This document shows, piece by piece, positions 58,607 through 64,000 of a stretch of DNA of 64,000 nt. The translations under genes and the position numbers were made by a program. The stretch lies in the IMG/VR virus record IMGVR_UViG_2706796139_000001, positions 114,895 through 178,894 of that record. One strand, 5' to 3'. This stretch comes from Pseudotevenvirus miller. Lineage: Duplodnaviria; Heunggongvirae; Uroviricota; Caudoviricetes; Straboviridae. The notes under the pieces were generated by a model. That model was given only the letters and a program-made list of their open reading frames with translations. It did no database searches and was not told the origin of the DNA. Within the stretch, counting starts at the first letter, position 1. Each line of letters begins with the position of its first letter.

Positions 58607-61048
58607 ATGGCAGATTTAAAATCGGGTACTACCATCGGCGGTAATACTATATGGAGTCAGGCGAATTTGCCTTTACTCCCAACTGGAAACACATTAACGT
58701 ATAAAGGCTTTAAAGTATATACCGAAAACGACAAACCGACAAAAGCCGAAATCGGATTAGGCAACGTAACCAACGATGCACAGGTTAAGAAATCTGGCGA
58801 CGAAATGACGGGTGATCTGACATTAAAGAACAACACCCAGTTAACGGTTCCTCGTCGTATTAACCTGGTTGCTGATACTGCGGGGAATGCTCCTTATCTG
58901 TTAACTACTCGTTCAGATAACAACGCGGTTACAGATCCTTTCCCGTCACAGCATACGCGCACGTTTACTTTGTTTGTCAACACAAAATCGAATACTTCCG
59001 ATCCTGCTGGCGGTGCTAACCTTGCTGCTCTATTATCGCATCAGTCAACTACTGGGGCAGGTTCTATCGAACTGCAAGCATATGATGCACCAAACAAGAC
59101 AACAGGCGCTACGGGCATTCTACGCGCTCAGATTGGGCTTAATGGCTGGGATGGTTCAATTAACCTTTCCGGTGCTTCGTTAAACGTTGGTATGAGTACA
59201 ACGGTCAGTGGTAACTTAACAGGAACCCAACTGATCACAAAAGGCGACGGAAACCGTAACGTCGAATTCCGTGATGCTGGCGGTAACGAATTAGCGATGA
59301 TATTTGCTGATACTGGTAAAAACTTATATGTTCGTTCAGGTGGTTCTTATGTAACACGTTTCGCTGCTGATGGTACTCTTATTCTGGCAAACGGTTTGAC
59401 CGCACCACGTCAAATTTTTGTTAATGGTGCTGGATTGCCAGCAAACAACAGCTTGATCCGACTTGATACAAGTTCGGATGGTAATGCTTCTGGTGACGGC
59501 GCAACGCATCTTGGCGTGAAAGCTGATGACGGAAAATTTTATCACTATTTCCGTGGTGCTGGTACGATGTTCATCGATGTGAAAGGTGGAATATCTTCTT
59601 CAACTCCGCTGTATATGAATGGTGTTGATCCGGCATTGCCCAAAATTGAAATGCTGTCAACTGGTGCGGCTGGCGGTAAAAACTTACTACGTCGATTCCG
59701 TGGTGGTCTCCCTGATATGATATGGCATGAAACTATACAGGGAACTCAATACCGACTGATGTCAGGTGCTACCGATAGTTCTATGGAATTTTTTATTGAT
59801 GGTAATGGCTTAGGTCGAGGTGGTGCAATTTACGGTGGTACATTCACTGCTGATGCTGGTAATGATGGATTCAAGATCCGTTATAAACCTGCAACAGAAT
59901 CAGCAATGTTCCAGATATGGAACAGAGATACGAGTGTATTGAACTCTTATTTCGGATATGGGTCAAGTAATCAGGCAACCGTTAACCTGTATAACCGATT
60001 AGGTGATATTGCTGTTTCTACACCAAACGCGGCGTTTCGGCTAGATAATACTACGTTAACTCTTGGTAACTCTGCATCAACTGCTGTTAGTCAACGTGCA
60101 TTTACTATTAGAAACTGGGGTGATGGTGGATTTCGTGCTGCTGTTTTTGAAGTCAATGATGGCACTGGTTATCATTTCTATAGTCAACGCAGATCTGATA
60201 ACTTGGTGGAGGTAGCATTCTCCGGTGACCTTTATACCAACGGAATATTACGCGCACAGAACAACATAATTGTTCGTGGTAGTGATGGTGTGTCTATTCA
60301 AGCGGACACAAACTGTCATGTGTGGTTTAGAAACTCTGCGGGTGCTGAAAAAGCTGTACTATACGCAGAAAATAACGGCAGCGTAAAACTACGTACATCA
60401 AACCAACAGTATTCTCTTACGATTGCTGATGGTATGATCCTGGCAACCGGACAGCCAACAACTGCGGATTCACGAGGTCTTATTCGTGGTGCAATTACTG
60501 GTGGTGCTTGGGTTGATTGGCGCAATCGTCCTGCTGGTTTGTTGGTTGATTGTCAGGATTCGTATAATCAGGCTTACAACATATGGAAAGCTACTCACTG
60601 GGGTGTTGCTCATCTTGCCGCAATGGGTGTTCATAACGGTTCTGGTGCTCCTACTGTTGGGCTACATGTTGGTGGTGCTGATTACTGGTGGGATTCTGCT
60701 GGTACTTTCAACGCTGCTGGTAATGGTAGTTTTAACGATGTGTATATTCGTTCTGATATCCGGTTGAAATCTAATCTGGTTGAACTGAAAGATGCACTGA
60801 GTAAAGTTGAACAGCTTAAAGGCTATATCTACGATAAGAAACAGAAAATCGAAGATGACGAACCACAGTATCGCGAAGCTGGTATTATTGCTCAGGATCT
60901 GCAAAAGGTTCTACCAGAAGCAGTTAGTGAACATAAAGATACTGGCATACTGACGATTTCCCCGTCAAGTGTTAACGCGCTTCTGGTCACTGCAATCAAT
61001 GAATTGCGCGAACGTCTGGAAGCAATCGAACGGAAAATAGGGGCGTAA
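58607..61048 (+). CDS. Distal long tail fibre B: gp36-like N-terminus fused to gp37-like tip with S74 intramolecular chaperone
   Basis: Same N-terminal motif as fibre A; FNDVYIRSDIRLKSN; REAGIIAQDLQ.VLPEAV. Confidence 0.88.
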   Translation: MADLKSGTTIGGNTIWSQANLPLLPTGNTLTYKGFKVYTENDKPTKAEIGLGNVTNDAQVKKSGDEMTGDLTLKNNTQLTVPRRINLVADTAGNAPYLLTTRSDNNAVTDPFPSQHTRTFTLFVNTKSNTSDPAGGANLAALLSHQSTTGAGSIELQAYDAPNKTTGATGILRAQIGLNGWDGSINLSGASLNVGMSTTVSGNLTGTQLITKGDGNRNVEFRDAGGNELAMIFADTGKNLYVRSGGSYVTRFAADGTLILANGLTAPRQIFVNGAGLPANNSLIRLDTSSDGNASGDGATHLGVKADDGKFYHYFRGAGTMFIDVKGGISSSTPLYMNGVDPALPKIEMLSTGAAGGKNLLRRFRGGLPDMIWHETIQGTQYRLMSGATDSSMEFFIDGNGLGRGGAIYGGTFTADAGNDGFKIRYKPATESAMFQIWNRDTSVLNSYFGYGSSNQATVNLYNRLGDIAVSTPNAAFRLDNTTLTLGNSASTAVSQRAFTIRNWGDGGFRAAVFEVNDGTGYHFYSQRRSDNLVEVAFSGDLYTNGILRAQNNIIVRGSDGVSIQADTNCHVWFRNSAGAEKAVLYAENNGSVKLRTSNQQYSLTIADGMILATGQPTTADSRGLIRGAITGGAWVDWRNRPAGLLVDCQDSYNQAYNIWKATHWGVAHLAAMGVHNGSGAPTVGLHVGGADYWWDSAGTFNAAGNGSFNDVYIRSDIRLKSNLVELKDALSKVEQLKGYIYDKKQKIEDDEPQYREAGIIAQDLQKVLPEAVSEHKDTGILTISPSSVNALLVTAINELRERLEAIERKIGA

Positions 61049-61073
61049 TGCCCCTCTTTAAAGAGGTAAAATT

Positions 61074-61598
61074 ATGGCAATTGTTGGAGTACCCGGATGG
61101 ATCGGGTCGTCTGCGGTAGCAGAAACCGGACAGCGTTGGATGTCTGCGGCGGGTAGCGCTGTTCGAATTGGTGCGCCTTTCTGGATGTCCCAAATGGCAA
61201 ACCAATCAGTATATAATATTTCAATACCAATATTCGAACGATATTATAATGGTATTCGTTATCGTGGTTGTTGGAATACTGGATGGAGTCTACCTTTCTC
61301 TAAACCTGGTTGGAACGCTACTCCTGGTGGTAGTTTTAACGGGCTGGCTTACGGGACTTGTGTTGCAATGCAAAACTATCTCGATGGTGAATATAGCGTA
61401 TTAACTATTCAAAGTGGTCCTGCTGCAAACTTTCGACTCACTACTGATGACGGTGCGGTGTTTAACTTTATTGATACCGGACGATATGACGCAGGATATC
61501 GAAACTACAAAATCGATCCTAGTCAACATGTGGCATGGTTCGACTACCTTAATGCTCGTATAGGACAAACAAGACAAGGACTAGTTGCTATAAGATAA
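61074..61598 (+). CDS. 38: Tail fibre adhesin gp38 (T2-type attachment domain, non-glycine-rich C-terminus)
   Basis: MAIVGVPGWIG.SAV.ETGQRWM..A N-terminus. Confidence 0.85.
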   Translation: MAIVGVPGWIGSSAVAETGQRWMSAAGSAVRIGAPFWMSQMANQSVYNISIPIFERYYNGIRYRGCWNTGWSLPFSKPGWNATPGGSFNGLAYGTCVAMQNYLDGEYSVLTIQSGPAANFRLTTDDGAVFNFIDTGRYDAGYRNYKIDPSQHVAWFDYLNARIGQTRQGLVAIR

Positions 61599-61601
61599 AT
61601 A
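61594..61601 (+). promoter_or_regulatory. Late promoter for holin
   Basis: GATAAATA followed by TCGGGG/CCCCGA hairpin. Confidence 0.55.
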
Positions 61602-61638
61602 TGTTCGGGGGTTGGGAATCCCCGACCGAGGGTATAAA

Positions 61639-62283
61639 ATGGCGCTATTACAAGATAAATTGGCTGTGCTTGAACGGGTAATGTCGTTCATCATGGCGGT
61701 CAAAACGTGGAAACAGCTTTTCATCAAATTGATTCTTATCGTAACAATTTTCATTATGTTTATTACATGGTACAAATGGGATGACCTGTTTGCAGTATGG
61801 AAATCATCTTCGAGCGTGATCGATGTTCCCACAATGGAGATCGAAAAGGCAAAAAAGTTTGAATCCGCATCCATTGAACAGTTAAACATAGTGCATTTAA
61901 CTACGGGTGCGGATTTTTCGGCAGTCTTTGGGTTCAGACCTAAGAATGTCAATTATTTTGTTGATATAATTGCGTATGAAGGGAAGTTACCGCAACAGAT
62001 TGATCCGAAAAATCTGGGTGGCTATCCTATAGATAAGACATCGGAAGAATACAACAGACATATAAACGGGCTACCGTATATCTCAGATATCGCAAGCCCG
62101 TACCTTCCGACAAAAAATCTTGTTCCGGTAGTCTACACCTTTAGTTGTCCTTACTTCAATCTCGAAAACTACTATTCAGGATCAATCTTAATGGAATGGT
62201 ATAAACAGAAGCCCGAAGTCACCGACATGAAGTTAATGATCGTGTGCAATCAGGCCGCTAGAATTTTAGGCAGGATTCGATGA
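61639..62283 (+). CDS. t: Holin T
   Basis: Single TM helix, FRPKN.NYFVD...YEGKLP, KNLGG.P.DKTSEEY..H, CNQAAR.LGR; start ATG 61639. Confidence 0.93.
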   Translation: MALLQDKLAVLERVMSFIMAVKTWKQLFIKLILIVTIFIMFITWYKWDDLFAVWKSSSSVIDVPTMEIEKAKKFESASIEQLNIVHLTTGADFSAVFGFRPKNVNYFVDIIAYEGKLPQQIDPKNLGGYPIDKTSEEYNRHINGLPYISDIASPYLPTKNLVPVVYTFSCPYFNLENYYSGSILMEWYKQKPEVTDMKLMIVCNQAARILGRIR

Positions 62284-62544
62284 TAATTTCAGTTTCGTTT
62301 TTTCCAAAGCCCGATTGATGAAGTTTTTAACTTTCGTCATCGGGCTTTTATCGTATATATCCCACGTTCGCATAAGTTCATACGGTGTAGGAATATATTC
62401 ATCGTTCCAGTAACCCACATTCCCTATCGTAATGCGCCGGAAACCAGCCTCTGCGGTGTAATATACAAAGAACCCAGCCTTACCCACAGGCGCTACCTTA
62501 AAACCTCGTGTAGCGGCTTTCATTGCTTCTTCGTGTGTCATCAT
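62266..62544 (-). CDS. Divergent Tad2/DUF2829-like protein B
   Basis: MTHEEAMKA...G.KV ... YIPTPYEL...WDI; start ATG 62544 (RBS GGAG). Confidence 0.55.
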   Translation of the reverse strand: MMTHEEAMKAATRGFKVAPVGKAGFFVYYTAEAGFRRITIGNVGYWNDEYIPTPYELMRTWDIYDKSPMTKVKNFINRALEKTKLKLSSNPA

Positions 62545-62828
62545 GCACCACTCCAATAATTTATAAAGCGACGAACACCGTATGCTTCCATTTCGATAAA
62601 ATGGAGTGTCCCGTGTAGCATATCATGATTCTCGTCTTCATCGACAATATCCCAATCGGTAGCTTTCTGTTCTTCGACACTGGCAATGAATACCTGGTTG
62701 ATTTCGATTTTGCGGTGAGACCGTCTAATGATCGTATCCCCTTCACGGAACACGATCACATCTGGAACAGTCGGACGGTACGCGGTTTTACCCGCGCACA
62801 CTTCGTTTAGCATTTCTTCATATGTCAT
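62541..62828 (-). CDS. Divergent Tad2/DUF2829-like protein A
   Basis: MTYEEML..V..GK.AYR ... FIASVEE..ATDWDIV. Confidence 0.62.
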   Translation of the reverse strand: MTYEEMLNEVCAGKTAYRPTVPDVIVFREGDTIIRRSHRKIEINQVFIASVEEQKATDWDIVDEDENHDMLHGTLHFIEMEAYGVRRFINYWSGA

Positions 62829-63613
62829 TCTAATACCTTTACGCGTTGAACGATGGTCTGTTTCACGTCTTTGTATTCCCCGTGTTCTTTAACAGTGGCC
62901 TTGAAAGTGATTACGTCACCTTCGTTTGCAATGTTATTACCGAAGTAAACAACAACATTACCATCAACATTAATTTTGGTCATGAATCTTTCTACTTCTG
63001 TGTAGTAAGAAACTTGAGTGTATCCCAGTGAAATCACTTTCTCAACAGTACCCGTCATTTGCAGACGCTGTTTGATTTCTCCGATGTGTTTTGCTGCGGC
63101 AATCTTCGCCTGGCGTTCTGCTTCCCATTCTGCACGGATTTCTTCACGTTTAGCGATGTAATCCTTATCCAGCGCAACACCCATGCAGTAAGCGCAAATG
63201 GCGCTGAATACTGGGTCGTTGTTCTTTTCGCTGGACTGATCAGCCCACCACAGAACAGTAAACATCGGCATATCTGCAATCACTTCGCCTTTACGCTTAC
63301 CGATTGGCATTATGCCCTGTTCCAGCAGTTCCAGTTTTTCAGTATCGTATACTGACAGTTTGCCGCGACGTTCGAACAGATCGAAGTCTGCGAAGCCCTG
63401 GAAAACCATTTCGAAACTTTCTGATTGAGTCAAACGACTCACCATGCGATCGTAATATTCACGCGCTTTCTCTTCTGCTTTGTCTGGATCGGTAGACAGG
63501 TTGCAGATATAGTTATCAGAAGTATATCCACCTCCCCGACGCTCTACACGAAGAGTGTACATAGCATTTTTACGACCAGAAGAAATGAAGTAAGTAGCGG
63601 TAACTTTAGTCAT
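62825..63613 (-). CDS. Early protein with C-terminal OB-fold-like domain
   Basis: MPIGKRKG motif; FKATVKEHGEY...KQT...RVK; start ATG 63613 with RBS AGGAG. Confidence 0.7.
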   Translation of the reverse strand: MTKVTATYFISSGRKNAMYTLRVERRGGGYTSDNYICNLSTDPDKAEEKAREYYDRMVSRLTQSESFEMVFQGFADFDLFERRGKLSVYDTEKLELLEQGIMPIGKRKGEVIADMPMFTVLWWADQSSEKNNDPVFSAICAYCMGVALDKDYIAKREEIRAEWEAERQAKIAAAKHIGEIKQRLQMTGTVEKVISLGYTQVSYYTEVERFMTKINVDGNVVVYFGNNIANEGDVITFKATVKEHGEYKDVKQTIVQRVKVLE

Positions 63614-63650
63614 GGTGAATCTCCTTTGAACGTTTCGTTTCGACAAGGCC

Positions 63651-63690
63651 AATATAGCAAAAGCCCCCGACCGAAGTCAAGGGCTTTTTT
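63651..63690 (-). promoter_or_regulatory. Early promoter embedded in terminator hairpin
   Basis: Minus strand TTGACT - 18 nt - TATATT (TG-extended) within AAAAGCCC...GGGCTTTT. Confidence 0.7.
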
Positions 63691-63693
63691 AAA

Positions 63694-63999
63694 TTACAGG
63701 AAGAAACCTGTTCGAATTACCAAATCGATTTTGTTCGTCGGTTCAACCGGATACTTTTCGACCAGATTGCTGTTAACGTACATCCCGACATACTCATGAG
63801 GAATGTTTGATTCATTCGCCCATGCCAGATTGTCATCTGTACGCGGCCCCAGCATCAGGTTAACAATATCTACAGCGTGATCCTGTTCTGGAGTGTTGTC
63901 GCATCCATTCACATATCGCCCGTGTGCGGTTTTGAGGATTTCAACTGTTTTTTCGTCTGCTTCGACGAGATACAGATTAATGTTTTCTGGGATTTCCTC
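63694..63999 (-). CDS. Hypothetical protein, 3' part (runs off right edge)
   Basis: Frame open from the window end (EEIPENINLYLVEA...GFFL). Confidence 0.7.
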   Translation of the reverse strand, partial: EEIPENINLYLVEADEKTVEILKTAHGRYVNGCDNTPEQDHAVDIVNLMLGPRTDDNLAWANESNIPHEYVGMYVNSNLVEKYPVEPTNKIDLVIRTGFFL

Positions 64000-64000
64000 A

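Noticed and set aside
61039-61066. Competing hairpins (AGGGGC/GCCCCT vs CCTCTT/AAGAGG) over the gp38 RBS
   Set aside because: Short stems compatible with chance; not enough evidence for a switch

Overview
This window is 64 kb of a T4-like myovirus (Straboviridae). Gene content, unmodified sigma70-type early promoters and gene order point to the RB43/RB16/KP15-like group; that placement is an inference. Layout: 1-24.3 kb is the virion morphogenesis block (gp7 3' part to gp24). 24.3-35.4 kb is the uvsY-uvsW-inh-hoc-rnlB block, inverted relative to T4 and interleaved with accessory genes. 35.4-50.9 kb holds nucleotide/NAD metabolism and hypothetical genes (NAMPT, dam, nrdC, endonuclease VII, nrdD, nrdG, nrdH, 55.2, SF2 helicase-like). 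51-62.3 kb holds the long tail fibre genes (gp34, gp35, two tandem gp36/37-fusion fibres, gp38) and holin t. An oppositely oriented early operon follows. I found no tRNA, CRISPR array, intron or homing endonuclease. Most notable: (1) a ~200-bp imperfect palindrome with an AT-rich core, GCGAAGC mini-hairpins and outward-firing sigma70 promoters on both arms next to uvsY (candidate origin); (2) a stand-alone, catalytically degenerate family-B polymerase core; (3) a zeta-toxin-like kinase with a capsid-targeting leader, next to an active and a dead HAD paralogue; (4) two tandem divergent Tad2/DUF2829-like early genes; (5) ART-like, SLOG and orphan NAMPT genes suggesting NAD/nucleotide-signal counter-defence; (6) a gene-free structured 200-nt segment. 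All assignments are by-eye motif recognition; no database searches were run.
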